A stretch of DNA of 64,000 bases from an uncultured Desulfarculus sp. GTDB lineage: Bacteria > Desulfobacterota > Desulfarculia > Desulfarculales > Desulfarculaceae. Of this stretch, positions 28,735 to 39,999 are shown one piece after another (the stretch's first letter is position 1; the number at the start of each line of letters is the position of its first letter). The notes beneath the pieces were generated by a model, which made no database searches, had not been told where the DNA came from, and was given only the letters and a program-made list of their open reading frames with translations. Location of the stretch: assembly GCA_963665125.2 (NCBI GenBank), contig CAXXUK010000001.1:992001-1056000 (forward strand), written 5' to 3'. A program made the position numbers and the translations under genes.

Positions 28735-30498
28735 ATGGCCGCTACTGAGGCAAACACCAACAGCGCATCCGGGATAATGCTGCAAAGCGCACCTAAAAGC
28801 TATTCCGGCGAGCAGGACAAGACCAGGCCTCCGGCCCAGACCGTCCAATGGGTCAGGGAGCGTTTCGGCTTGATGGGCCAGGAAGTACTGCGCCAGACCA
28901 TGCGCATTGACAGCGGACGCCTGGATATTCCCGTATATATCAGCCTTTGCGGCGACCAAGCCAGCATGCTCACCGGCACCAAAAAACAGATGGGCAAAGG
29001 CGCTTCGCCGGACCAGGCCGAGGCCAGCGCCCTGATGGAACTGGCCGAGCGCTTCAGCTTCTTTTATTTCATGGAAAATGGCGACTTTCCCTGGGGTATT
29101 CCCTCTGAGGCGGGAAATTCGCGCATGGATTTCAGCCTGGCGGCCAAGGCGGTTTATCATTCGGCCGATGATTTTGATACGGCCCGGAGCGTATACGAAC
29201 TGCTGCCCCAGCAATGGGCCTGGGCCCGCAATTTGACCAGCGGCGCCGAGGAACGCGTGCCTTTGAGCTGGTTTTTCGCCATCAACGAATACAACGGCCC
29301 GGCCGCCGGAAACTGCCTGGAAGAGGCGGTGCTGCAAAGCCTCTGCGAGGTCGTCGAGCGCCATGTCTGCGCCGTTGTCACCCTGGAAAAACGGCCCACC
29401 CCGGCCATTGATCCGGCTTCTCTGACCGACCCCATCGCCATCGATCTGCTGAACAAGTTCGAACAGGCTGGGATCAAGGTTTATCTCAAGGACTTTACCT
29501 GCGACATGGGTGTGCCCACCGTGGCGGCACTGTGCTACGACCCGGGCACCTTCCCCGAGTCCAGCGAAATCGTCTACGCGGCGGGCACCTCGCCCGATCC
29601 ACAAAAGGCCCTGATCCGGGCATTGACCGAGGTGGCCCAACTGGCCGGTGATTTCCAAAATTCCACCAGTTACAAGGTCAGCGCCCTGCCCAAGTTCAGT
29701 AGTCTGGACCAGGCTGATTATGTCATCGGGGCGGCCTGGACCGTGCCAGTCAGCGATTTACCCGATCTAAGCGCCGACGATTTCAAGGACGAGGTCATGA
29801 ACTGCGTGGCGGCCCTGAAAGAGCGGGGCTATGACGTCTACACCATGGACGTGACCCACCCGGTATTGCAGGTGCCTGCGGTCTACACCATCGTGCCCGG
29901 CGCCCATTTTGCCGAACGCACCACCGGCACGGACGTTATTTTTCATTCGTCGAAGCTGGCGGCCCAGATCCCCAGCCCGGTTATCGCAGTCGACATCCTG
30001 GACCAGATGGCCGACATCGCCGGGGCCCGCTATGCCACCCACTTTTTCCGGGCCGTGGTGCAGATCGAACTGGGTGAGCCTGAAAAGGCCTTGGTCGAGT
30101 TGCAGACAGCCCTGGTCCTGAACCCGCCCCAGCGGGACGAGGCCAGCATACACACCCAGATCGGCGCGGCCCTCAAGGACATGGGCCGCTACGAGGAGGC
30201 CCTTATGGCCTTGGCCAAGGCGGCCAGTTTCCCGGAGCCCCACCACGAAGTGTTCAACCTCACGGGCTTTTGCCTGTTCATGTTGAAACGCCACGAGGAA
30301 TCCATCGAGGCCTTCAGCAGGGCGGTGGAGATCGAACCGGGCGCGGCCATTAACTACGCCAACATCGGCTCCAACCTGCGCGAACTGGGCCGCCTGGAAG
30401 AGGCCTGCGAGATGTATGAAAACGCCTTGGAGATGGACCCCGGCCTTGATTTCGCCAAGGATAACTTGCTGAAACTGCGGGCCAAACTGGCAAACTGA
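28735..30498 (+). CDS. YcaO-family ATP-dependent enzyme with C-terminal TPR repeats
   Basis: GQDKT-like EQDKT, MGKG, SALMELAER, NGPAAGNCLEEAVLQSLCEVVER, RALTEVAQ; TPRs in the last about 160 aa. Confidence 0.88.
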   Translation: MAATEANTNSASGIMLQSAPKSYSGEQDKTRPPAQTVQWVRERFGLMGQEVLRQTMRIDSGRLDIPVYISLCGDQASMLTGTKKQMGKGASPDQAEASALMELAERFSFFYFMENGDFPWGIPSEAGNSRMDFSLAAKAVYHSADDFDTARSVYELLPQQWAWARNLTSGAEERVPLSWFFAINEYNGPAAGNCLEEAVLQSLCEVVERHVCAVVTLEKRPTPAIDPASLTDPIAIDLLNKFEQAGIKVYLKDFTCDMGVPTVAALCYDPGTFPESSEIVYAAGTSPDPQKALIRALTEVAQLAGDFQNSTSYKVSALPKFSSLDQADYVIGAAWTVPVSDLPDLSADDFKDEVMNCVAALKERGYDVYTMDVTHPVLQVPAVYTIVPGAHFAERTTGTDVIFHSSKLAAQIPSPVIAVDILDQMADIAGARYATHFFRAVVQIELGEPEKALVELQTALVLNPPQRDEASIHTQIGAALKDMGRYEEALMALAKAASFPEPHHEVFNLTGFCLFMLKRHEESIEAFSRAVEIEPGAAINYANIGSNLRELGRLEEACEMYENALEMDPGLDFAKDNLLKLRAKLAN

Positions 30499-30660
30499 AC
30501 AACACCGGAGCAATTGCGCCACACAGGCTTCGCCGGAAATCGGCGGAGCCTATGATTTTTCCGGCTAAGTGCGCCGCAGGACGTTGGATTTCTTGACTTT
30601 AGTCGGTTAAAAACGTAGTGTATGAGCCATAGTTGCCAACCCTTTATCGGCGAGGGATAA

Positions 30661-31932
<1,272 letters not shown>

Positions 31933-31988
31933 AATCGGCATGGACCCCGGCGGGCGCCTGGCGCGCTTTGCCGATATTTGAAAATTCA

Positions 31989-32024
31989 GCGGGACTTCGT
32001 ATTTTTCGGAGTCCCGCATTTTTT
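31989..32024 (+). terminator. Intrinsic terminator after eno
   Basis: GCGGGACTTCG...CGGAGTCCCGC followed by ATTTTTT. Confidence 0.7.
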
Positions 32025-32135
32025 ATGCTTTCTGCGCCTGATTATTGGCTTGACCTCCAGGCGGGCCCATGGCCGATAATCAGCGGGACGTGATAAATAA
32101 AAGCGAACCATGCATCGGTAGGGGAGGCGACGCAG

Positions 32136-32585
32136 ATGGCCGAAAAAGCGCTGGCAGGCAAAGAGGTACTGGATTTAGTACATAAAGGAATGGTTGAAAA
32201 CCCGCCCATATTCCAGACCATGGGTATAAACCTGCACAGTTTCGGCGAAGGCTGGGCTGTTCTGGAGATGGAAGTGGTTCGGGGCCACACAAACGCCATG
32301 GGTTACGCTCATGGCGGAGCCATCGCCACGTTGGGCGACGGAGTTCTGGGCGCGGCCCTGATGACGACTCTCAAGCCGGGTGAGTTGTTCACCACGCTGG
32401 ACCTGCATACAAACTACCTATACCAGGCCAAGTCGGCGACATTGCTGCGGGCCCATGGTGAAGTCATCCGCCGGGGGCGCACCACGGCCTATATTGAGGG
32501 CACCATCACCAATCCGGATGACAAACTGGTAGCCAAAGTTAGCTGCACATGCATGGTGACCCGGGGGGATTGGCAAGATATATAA
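32136..32585 (+). CDS. PaaI-family thioesterase
   Basis: HTNAMGYAHGGAIATLGD hot-dog motif; RRGRT. Confidence 0.88.
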   Translation: MAEKALAGKEVLDLVHKGMVENPPIFQTMGINLHSFGEGWAVLEMEVVRGHTNAMGYAHGGAIATLGDGVLGAALMTTLKPGELFTTLDLHTNYLYQAKSATLLRAHGEVIRRGRTTAYIEGTITNPDDKLVAKVSCTCMVTRGDWQDI

Positions 32586-32713
32586 TCCCGTTAATAACCC
32601 ATGGCGAGTCGTAGTTCGTTCATTTTGTGGGAGTAATGAATTACGAAAACGTAATGAGGTGTGCTATTATTACATAAATAACATTGCCATAAAGCTGGGT
32701 TTCAAGGTGGACA

Positions 32714-34609
32714 GTGTCGCTAAAAACAAAGATAACCCTCATCGTTGTGTGCGCATTTGCCCTTTTCGCTATTGTCGATTACGCAATTCTGACTCTGGTT
32801 ATTCAGCCGAGATTCCTCGCTCTTGATATCAACGAAGCGCAAAACGATTCCGACAGGGTCCAACTGGCCATTGATCGTGAACTGGCCCACCTCAAGGTGT
32901 TATGCACGGACTGGTCTAATTGGGACGATGCTTTCGCCTTTATCCAGGGTAATGAACCCGGGTTCGCGGAATCCAATCTTGTTGATTCCACTTTCACGGA
33001 CAACGAACTCAATCTGATCTGCTTTATAGAGCCAAGCGGCAAGTTTTTTTGGCGCAAGTCCTGTTTGCTGCCTAATCTTGAGCCTGTCAATTTTGAAGGT
33101 TTCGAAGGGGACAGGCTTTCGGGTGACCTGCATAAATTGTTAGTAGATAATTATACCAGTGGATTTCGTGGATTATGGGCAACAGAGCACGGGCTGATGC
33201 TTCTTTCCGTGGAGCCCATTACGACCAGCGACAAGACATCGGTCTCAAAGGGCATGCTGGCCATGGGCAGACTCGTCGACGCTGCTCTGCTCGAGTCAAT
33301 ATCAAAAAACATCAAGGTTACATTTGAGATACAACGAATACCATCCAAGGATTTCACGGATGAGCAGATGCAGGCCCTCTACAAACTGGAAGAGACCAAT
33401 AAAGCCAGCATAAGCATTGTTAAAGACAACAGACGGCAAGTTTTTGTTTTATTGAGAGACATCGCAGGCAAACCAGCTGCCCTGTTGACCACCTACAGCG
33501 CCCGCGACATTGTCAGCCAGGGCGACACCGCCACGGGCTATGCCATGGCCTCGACCCTGACTTCTGCGTTTTTGATTCTTGGCTTGTTTACTATCCTGCT
33601 CAACCGCACGGTTATCAACCCACTGACCAAACTGACCCATCACGCCATGAATATCGCCGGTACGGAACTGTCAAATGACAGGTTGAACATCCGAAAAAAC
33701 GATGAGTTCGGACTGTTGGCCAGGGAATTCGATAACATGGTGGCCCGGTTGGCCGATATACAAAGAAACCTTGTCGAACAATCGTATTACTCCGGACAAG
33801 CCGATATGAACGCCGGAGTCCTGCATAATATCGGCAACGCCTTGAGCCCGATAATTGTCAGGCTGAGCGAAGAGTTGGATAGATTGACCACAATCCCATT
33901 GGCCAATATTGAAGCGGCCAATAAAGAACTGGCCATCGGCGCCCTGGACGCCAAGCGCAGGGCTCAGTTGAACGAATACCTGAATTTGGCCAACGCGGAA
34001 ATTCTGGCCATGGTGCCCGAACTGGTTGAAGAGCATCAAAAGGTTTTGTCCGGGATAAAACGCATCGAAAACATCTTGGCCGATAGTCGGTTCAGGCAGG
34101 CTTTCAGCAGACCCATAGAAAAAATCCGCCTTGATCAGTTGACCCGTGAGGCGCTGGGGATGATCGATCCTTCATTACGTTATTTGGCGGATTTTCACCT
34201 CGGGCAAAGCCTGGTTGCCGTGGGCCACATTCGTTCTCATCGGGTGCCGTTGATGCAAATCATGTGCAACTTGTTGTCCAACGCCGCCGAATCAATTAAA
34301 CGGGCAACTCAGGAGAATGGTGTTATCGAGGTAAATGCCTCACTCGAAGATAACGAAGGAGTCAGCACTGTTCACATAATGGTGCGCGATAATGGTTACG
34401 GCATTTCCAACAGCGGTCTGCAACAGCTTTTTCAGCGCGGCGTAAGCAGCAAGGGGACGGAATCGGCGGGCTTGGGCCTACATTGGAGTGCCAATGCGGC
34501 ATCCTCTTTGGGCGGCCGTCTTTATGCCGAGAGCGCCGGTGTGGGCCATGGCGCGGTATTTCATCTGCTTTTACCCCTTTCCAACAATAAGGCAATGGAA
34601 TCGTCATGA
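32714..34609 (+). CDS. CHASE4-HAMP sensor histidine kinase
   Basis: Two TM segments, DWSNWDDA (CHASE4), HAMP DEFGLLAREFDNM, H-box VLHNIGN, N-box NLLSNAAES, DNGYG, GLGLH. Confidence 0.88.
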   Translation: MSLKTKITLIVVCAFALFAIVDYAILTLVIQPRFLALDINEAQNDSDRVQLAIDRELAHLKVLCTDWSNWDDAFAFIQGNEPGFAESNLVDSTFTDNELNLICFIEPSGKFFWRKSCLLPNLEPVNFEGFEGDRLSGDLHKLLVDNYTSGFRGLWATEHGLMLLSVEPITTSDKTSVSKGMLAMGRLVDAALLESISKNIKVTFEIQRIPSKDFTDEQMQALYKLEETNKASISIVKDNRRQVFVLLRDIAGKPAALLTTYSARDIVSQGDTATGYAMASTLTSAFLILGLFTILLNRTVINPLTKLTHHAMNIAGTELSNDRLNIRKNDEFGLLAREFDNMVARLADIQRNLVEQSYYSGQADMNAGVLHNIGNALSPIIVRLSEELDRLTTIPLANIEAANKELAIGALDAKRRAQLNEYLNLANAEILAMVPELVEEHQKVLSGIKRIENILADSRFRQAFSRPIEKIRLDQLTREALGMIDPSLRYLADFHLGQSLVAVGHIRSHRVPLMQIMCNLLSNAAESIKRATQENGVIEVNASLEDNEGVSTVHIMVRDNGYGISNSGLQQLFQRGVSSKGTESAGLGLHWSANAASSLGGRLYAESAGVGHGAVFHLLLPLSNNKAMESS

Positions 34610-37125
34610 AACTAAGGGTCCTGGTAGTAGACGACGAACAAGCCATTCTCGATTCCGTTGCCGCGGTTCTTGTCGGCGGAAATAAAAACCCAACCGCCGC
34701 CGCGCGAATGCAACAACTGGGCCGCGAATTGTTTGGCGCACCCATAGAGGAGCAGTTGCCCGAGATCGATCTCGTGACATGTACACAGGCGGAAGATGCC
34801 GTGGCCATTGTGCAGCAATCAATAGAAGACCAGGATCCTTTTGCCGTTGCCTTCATAGATGTTCGCATGCCGCCGGGTCCCGATGGAGTATGGGCCGTTC
34901 AGCAAATACGGGCCCAGGATCCGGATGTCGAATTTGTCATAATGACGGCATACACCGACATCGCTCCCCAGACCATAAGCCGTTTGGCGCCTCCGGCGGG
35001 CAAGCTGCTGTACATGCAAAAGCCTTTTCACTCAAATGAACTGCGACAGCTTGTTGCATCTCTTTCTGAAAAATGGACCGCCCAAAGACAGCTCAAACAA
35101 TCTCACCAGGAACTGGAAAAGAGGGTCCGTGAACGCACATCCGAACTGGCCAGAGCCAACCAGTTGCTGCAAAGCGAGATAGAGCAGCGGATAACCAAAC
35201 AACGAGAGTTGGAGCGCTCGGAGCAAAATCTCAAGACCATATTGAATTCGGTGCCGGTCAGCATTGCCATTGTTGGCAAGGATAAACGGATACGCCGCGT
35301 CAACAAAGAGGCCCTCACACTGATGGGACGCGCCGACGATCAGGACATTGTCGGCATGCTTTGCACTGACACCATATGCGCCGAAGATTCGGAACTATGC
35401 CCGCTCAAGAATAATGATTCGAAGCTCGAAAATCACGAATGTGTAATGATATCAGCCAATGGCAATGAAATTCCGATTCTTAAGAATGCCGTTTTTGCCA
35501 CTCTGGATAACGAAGAAGTCTTGATCGAGGCTATTGTAGACCTAACTGAAAGGAAAAAATGGGAGCAGGCGTTAAACGAGAGCGAAGCCAGGTATCGTCA
35601 GCTTGTTGAACACGCGCCGGCCGGAATTTGGGAGTTTGATTTTAGTAAAGGGCGTTTCGTCAGCGTCAACGATGTGATGCTCGAATATACGGGATATTCC
35701 AGGGAAGAATTTCTGGAAATGGACCCAACCAAACTTCTAACCGAGGAAAGTTTCAGCGAGTACCTCAAACGGCAACAAAAACTCGTTGCCGGCGAAAAGG
35801 TGCCCGAGACGTGCGAATACCAGATTCAGACAAAAGATGGTCGAAATATCTGGGTAATGTTGAACAGCAACTTTTTTCACGCCCCTGACGGAACCATCGT
35901 GGCCAGGGCCATCGCCCACAACATCACCCGGCGCAAACAGGATGAACTCGAACGCAAGATGATGGAAAGCCGGGTCCGCCAGGCGCAAAAGATGGAGGCC
36001 TTGGGCAGCCTAGCCGGCGGTGTGGCCCACGATTTCAACAATATCCTCAATTCGGTTATCGGATTCACCGAGTTGGCCCTGCGTGAAATGCCCCAGGATA
36101 GCGATGTTCGCACCTACTTAAAACACGTATTACAGGCGGGCAAGAGGGCCGGCGGTCTTGTCCGGCAGATCCTGACATTCAGCAGGGGAGGCGAACCAGA
36201 GAATAAGCCCATTCAGATGGTCACAATTGTCAAGGAGGTGCTCAAGCTCCTGCGCGCATCTCTGCCCGCGACGGTGGATATCCAGCCAAAAATTTCCAAT
36301 AAACCGGTGATGATCATGGCCGATCCGAGCCAGATTCACCAGGTGTTGATGAATCTATGCACCAACGCGGCCCAGGCCATGGGAGACAATGGTGGGGTGT
36401 TGGAAGTAGTTCTGGAGAAAAAGGTTGTTGAAAAGCCGCTAGGGCTGACCCTGGACGAACTGAAACCCGGTGAATATTTGGTGCTGACGGTAAAGGACAA
36501 TGGCCCCGGCATACCTGCCGCGAATTTGGCCAGGGTTTTCGAGCCCTATTTCACCACCAAGGAGGCCATGGGCGGCACAGGCCTGGGCTTGGCTGTCGTC
36601 CACGGCATCGTGGGTAGTCTGGGAGGCGCGGTGGACGTAAGCAGCGTCATGGGCAAAGGCAGCGTTTTTCATGTTTATTTGCCCATCCCGGAACTGACTG
36701 TCACGGAGATTGACGAAATCGAGCAGAGCATTCCCACCGGCTGCGAATTCATATTGCTGGTCGAGGACGAACCGTCCCTGATCGAATTGGGACAAGGCAT
36801 TCTCGAAAGCCTGGGCTATTGCGTGGAGTCCGCGTCCGACGGAACGATTGCTTTGACAATGATCGACAATGATCCGGACAAATATGACTTGTTGTTGACG
36901 GATCAAACCATGCCCAAGATGACCGGTCTGGAACTGGCAATACAAGCCCGAAAGATCAGGCCGGACCTGCCGGTGATTTTGTGCACGGGCTACAGCGAAC
37001 ATATTTCATCGGTTGACCTGCGGAGGTCGGGGGTGGATCAGCTGATAACCAAGCCCATGTTGATGGCGGATTTGGCCACGGCGGTGAGGGGCGCCTTGGA
37101 CCGGGCACAAAGCGAGGCTTGTTGA
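34606..37125 (+). CDS. REC-PAS-PAS-HisKA-HATPase-REC hybrid kinase
   Basis: DVRMPPG receiver, two PAS regions, AHDFNNIL, GTGLGL, C-terminal TDQTMP receiver; ATGA overlap with upstream gene. Confidence 0.9.
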   Translation: MKLRVLVVDDEQAILDSVAAVLVGGNKNPTAAARMQQLGRELFGAPIEEQLPEIDLVTCTQAEDAVAIVQQSIEDQDPFAVAFIDVRMPPGPDGVWAVQQIRAQDPDVEFVIMTAYTDIAPQTISRLAPPAGKLLYMQKPFHSNELRQLVASLSEKWTAQRQLKQSHQELEKRVRERTSELARANQLLQSEIEQRITKQRELERSEQNLKTILNSVPVSIAIVGKDKRIRRVNKEALTLMGRADDQDIVGMLCTDTICAEDSELCPLKNNDSKLENHECVMISANGNEIPILKNAVFATLDNEEVLIEAIVDLTERKKWEQALNESEARYRQLVEHAPAGIWEFDFSKGRFVSVNDVMLEYTGYSREEFLEMDPTKLLTEESFSEYLKRQQKLVAGEKVPETCEYQIQTKDGRNIWVMLNSNFFHAPDGTIVARAIAHNITRRKQDELERKMMESRVRQAQKMEALGSLAGGVAHDFNNILNSVIGFTELALREMPQDSDVRTYLKHVLQAGKRAGGLVRQILTFSRGGEPENKPIQMVTIVKEVLKLLRASLPATVDIQPKISNKPVMIMADPSQIHQVLMNLCTNAAQAMGDNGGVLEVVLEKKVVEKPLGLTLDELKPGEYLVLTVKDNGPGIPAANLARVFEPYFTTKEAMGGTGLGLAVVHGIVGSLGGAVDVSSVMGKGSVFHVYLPIPELTVTEIDEIEQSIPTGCEFILLVEDEPSLIELGQGILESLGYCVESASDGTIALTMIDNDPDKYDLLLTDQTMPKMTGLELAIQARKIRPDLPVILCTGYSEHISSVDLRRSGVDQLITKPMLMADLATAVRGALDRAQSEAC

Positions 37126-37156
37126 TAAACGGTAAAGGGGAGTCTTGGATAAATAA

Positions 37157-38548
37157 ATGACTGCTGCAACGGTTAACACAATTCTGGTGGTGGAAGACGA
37201 CGAGGCAAACCGCATCCTCCTGAACGAAACTCTTGGCAAGCAAGGCTATGATGTAATACTTGCCGAGGACGTTTCAGCTGGAATGGAGGCATTGAAACGC
37301 CAGGGGTTCAACGTGGTCCTTACTGATCTGCGCCTGCCCGACGGCAGCGGACTGGATATCCTGGCCTATGTCAATGAGCATCTGCCATCGACGCCGGTGA
37401 TTGTCATGAGCGGTTATGGCAGTATAAATCTGGCTGTCGAGGCAATGCACAAGGGCGCCTATGATTTCCAGGAGAAACCCCTCAATACCGAGCACCTTTG
37501 CATGACCATCGAACGGGCCCTGCGCAAGACCGTTTTGCGGCATGCTTTCGATTATCTGCGGCGGGAACAGCCATATATATATAAGTATAAGGACATCGTG
37601 GCTGAGAGCGCCCAGATGAAACAGCTCCTGAAGCAGACCGCGAAGTTGGCCAGCAGCGATATAACGGTGTTGCTCACCGGCGAAACCGGAACCGGAAAGA
37701 GCCTGATAGCCGGCAGCATTCACGTCAACAGCCCCAGAAACGACAACACCATCATCACCGTCAACTGCGCGGCCCTGCCGGAGACCCTGCTGGAAAGCGA
37801 GCTTTTCGGGCACGAAAAGGGAGCCTTCACCGGGGCGGACCGCAACAGGGTGGGGCGCATCCAGCAGGCCCATGGCGGCACCCTGTTTCTGGATGAAGTG
37901 GGCGACATGTCTCTGGCCATCCAGGCCAAGCTGCTGAGGGCCCTGGAAGACAAGATCATCCAGCCCCTGGGCAGCACTCGTTCCATCAAAGTCGATGTCC
38001 GGGTGCTTTCGGCCACCAACGTAGATCTTGTCAAGGCCGTGGAGGAGGGCCGTTTCAGGGAAGACCTGTACTACCGCCTCAGCGTTACCAGCCTGGACGT
38101 GCCCCCGTTGAGAGAGCGCCGGGAAGACATCCTGCCCCTGACACACCGCTTTATTCAACAAATATGCGGCGACTCCAAACGCCCCATGAAAGAGATGACC
38201 AACAGGGCCGCCCAAAAGCTGGTTTCATATGACTGGCCGGGCAATGTCCGGGAACTGCGCAATGCCGTGGAAAGGGCCATCCTGCTTTCCGAAGGAACAT
38301 CAATCGACGTTGAGGACTTCAACATCGAAAAGTATTCCACCAGGCAAGCCGCGACGGCGACGGTTCAGTTGGACACCTTTGATTTGAACCAGGTGGAATG
38401 CAACACGATTATGGCCGCTCTTGAAAGCTCCGACTGGGTTCAGGCAAGGGCGGCTGACCTGCTGGGCATAACCCCCCGTACGCTTCATTACAAGATCCAA
38501 AAACTTGGCTTGAGTCACCCGGAACTTGACGCCAGGAGGAGACGCTGA
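37157..38548 (+). CDS. NtrC-family sigma54-dependent response regulator
   Basis: REC, GETGTGKS, ESELFGHEKGAFTGA, LFLDEVG, WPGNVREL, C-terminal HTH. Confidence 0.95.
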   Translation: MTAATVNTILVVEDDEANRILLNETLGKQGYDVILAEDVSAGMEALKRQGFNVVLTDLRLPDGSGLDILAYVNEHLPSTPVIVMSGYGSINLAVEAMHKGAYDFQEKPLNTEHLCMTIERALRKTVLRHAFDYLRREQPYIYKYKDIVAESAQMKQLLKQTAKLASSDITVLLTGETGTGKSLIAGSIHVNSPRNDNTIITVNCAALPETLLESELFGHEKGAFTGADRNRVGRIQQAHGGTLFLDEVGDMSLAIQAKLLRALEDKIIQPLGSTRSIKVDVRVLSATNVDLVKAVEEGRFREDLYYRLSVTSLDVPPLRERREDILPLTHRFIQQICGDSKRPMKEMTNRAAQKLVSYDWPGNVRELRNAVERAILLSEGTSIDVEDFNIEKYSTRQAATATVQLDTFDLNQVECNTIMAALESSDWVQARAADLLGITPRTLHYKIQKLGLSHPELDARRRR

Positions 38549-38695
38549 GTCTAATTCCTTAATCCACCTGGGTTATTACTAATTACAAAACTGAATTACC
38601 ATATTGTAATTAAGCGCCTTTCGTAATCGAAGGCGCTTTTTCTATCTATGTGCGTAACTATTTGAAATAAAAGGATAAATAAATTATTAACTTGT

Positions 38696-38712
38696 TTGGC
38701 ATGGCACTTGCT
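38696..38712 (+). promoter_or_regulatory. sigma54 (-24/-12) promoter upstream of the flp pilin
   Basis: TTGGCATGGCACTTGCT: GG at 38698-99 and GC at 38710-11, canonical spacing. Confidence 0.8.
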
Positions 38713-38778
38713 TATATAGGGGGGCACAACCAGAAAGCAAAAAAAGATATTTGAAAAACAAATAATAGGAGGCCCAAA

Positions 38779-38952
38779 ATGAAGATGATCAATGCAATTA
38801 AGAGAGTTTTCACCGACGATCGTGGTATCAGTGCTGTTGAGTATGCCCTGCTGCTGGCCCTGATTGGCGCTGGCATCGCCGCCGCGGCTTTCGCTCTTGG
38901 CGATCAGGTGGAAACCAACATTACCGGCGCCACGACTGAGCTCCAGGGTTAG
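38779..38952 (+). CDS. flp: Flp/Fap pilin (57 aa, absent from ORF track)
   Basis: AGGAGG SD; MKMINAIKRVFTDDRG|ISAVEYALLLALIGAGIAAAAFALGDQVETNITGATTELQG with the G|xxxxEY motif. Confidence 0.93.
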   Translation: MKMINAIKRVFTDDRGISAVEYALLLALIGAGIAAAAFALGDQVETNITGATTELQG

Positions 38953-38982
38953 TCCGGAAAGACCCTGCGGGCTGCGCGGAGC

Positions 38983-39579
38983 ATGGAAGCCATGTGGGGC
39001 ATGAATCAAAATACCGATACCGCCAATCTGGCAAGGGAACTGGGAGGGGCTCAGTGGGGGCTCCTCCCAGTCCTGCTTTGCTGGCCGCTTCTGGTGGAGT
39101 CCGGCTGGTTTGACTGGCAACAGGCGGCCATGCTGGTTTTCGCCAGTCTGATGGCCTGCAATGATTTGGCCGTGCGCCGGATACCCAATTCGCTCAACCT
39201 GATCACCGCTGTTACGGGCCTGGCCGGATGCCTGGCCTTGGGCGGTCTCGAAGCCATGAGCTGGGCTTTTCTGAGCGGGATCATGGTCTTCGCCTTTATG
39301 TGTTTCTTCTTTTTCATCGGGGCCATCGGCGGCGGCGACGTCAAGGCCCTGGCCGCCTTGGCCTGTTTCCTTTCGCCGATGAACGCGATTTATTTATTTG
39401 TTTTCACGACGCTCGCGGGCGGTGTTCTGGCCGTTGCCCTGCTTCTTGTAAAAAGGTTCAAGGAGTTCAGGGTCGCCGGTTTAGGGGCGATACGCCTGGG
39501 AACCAATAATCTCAGCATGCCTTATGGATTGGCCATATGGAGCGGGGTGTTGCTGCTGCTTCTGGGAGGCTATGCATGA
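38983..39579 (+). CDS. cpaA: Prepilin peptidase A24 (CpaA/TadV)
   Basis: NDLAVRRIPN, IGGGDVKAL, MPYGLAI; follows flp. Confidence 0.88.
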   Translation: MEAMWGMNQNTDTANLARELGGAQWGLLPVLLCWPLLVESGWFDWQQAAMLVFASLMACNDLAVRRIPNSLNLITAVTGLAGCLALGGLEAMSWAFLSGIMVFAFMCFFFFIGAIGGGDVKALAALACFLSPMNAIYLFVFTTLAGGVLAVALLLVKRFKEFRVAGLGAIRLGTNNLSMPYGLAIWSGVLLLLLGGYA

Positions 39580-39989
39580 ATCTCTTTCGCAGATTGTTAA
39601 GGGAAAACCGCGGCGTGGTGGCCGTGGAATTCGCATTGTTCCTGCCGGTCTTCTTACTGTTGACCTTCGGCATAATCGAACTGGGAGCCGCCTGGTATCA
39701 AAAGCAGATGCTGGTCAGCGCCAGCCGCGAAGGGGCCAGAATGGCCACCCTGTACAGTGAAGATGGCATTACGGCCCAGGAAGTCGAAGCACGTGTCAAT
39801 GAATACCTGACCCAAGGCGGATTTCCCGGACAGCCGACCGTGCAGGTCACGGGAGTCGACGGAGCCACTGGTGATGCGGTTACGGTCAATATCACCTCTC
39901 CGTACAACCTTCCCGTACTAAGCGCCATTACCGGTAGTGTGGCGGGAACAATCAATTTATCCGCAACCACCGTAATGAGACACGAATAA
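39576..39989 (+). CDS. tadE: TadE-like pseudopilin
   Basis: RG|VVAVEFALFLP, ASREGARMA. Confidence 0.88.
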   Translation: MNLFRRLLRENRGVVAVEFALFLPVFLLLTFGIIELGAAWYQKQMLVSASREGARMATLYSEDGITAQEVEARVNEYLTQGGFPGQPTVQVTGVDGATGDAVTVNITSPYNLPVLSAITGSVAGTINLSATTVMRHE

Positions 39990-39999
39990 AGGGGGCGCC

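Noticed and set aside
38596..39120. 174-aa minus-strand ORF in the tad promoter region
   Set aside because: Antisense to the real flp pilin and its promoter; no motifs
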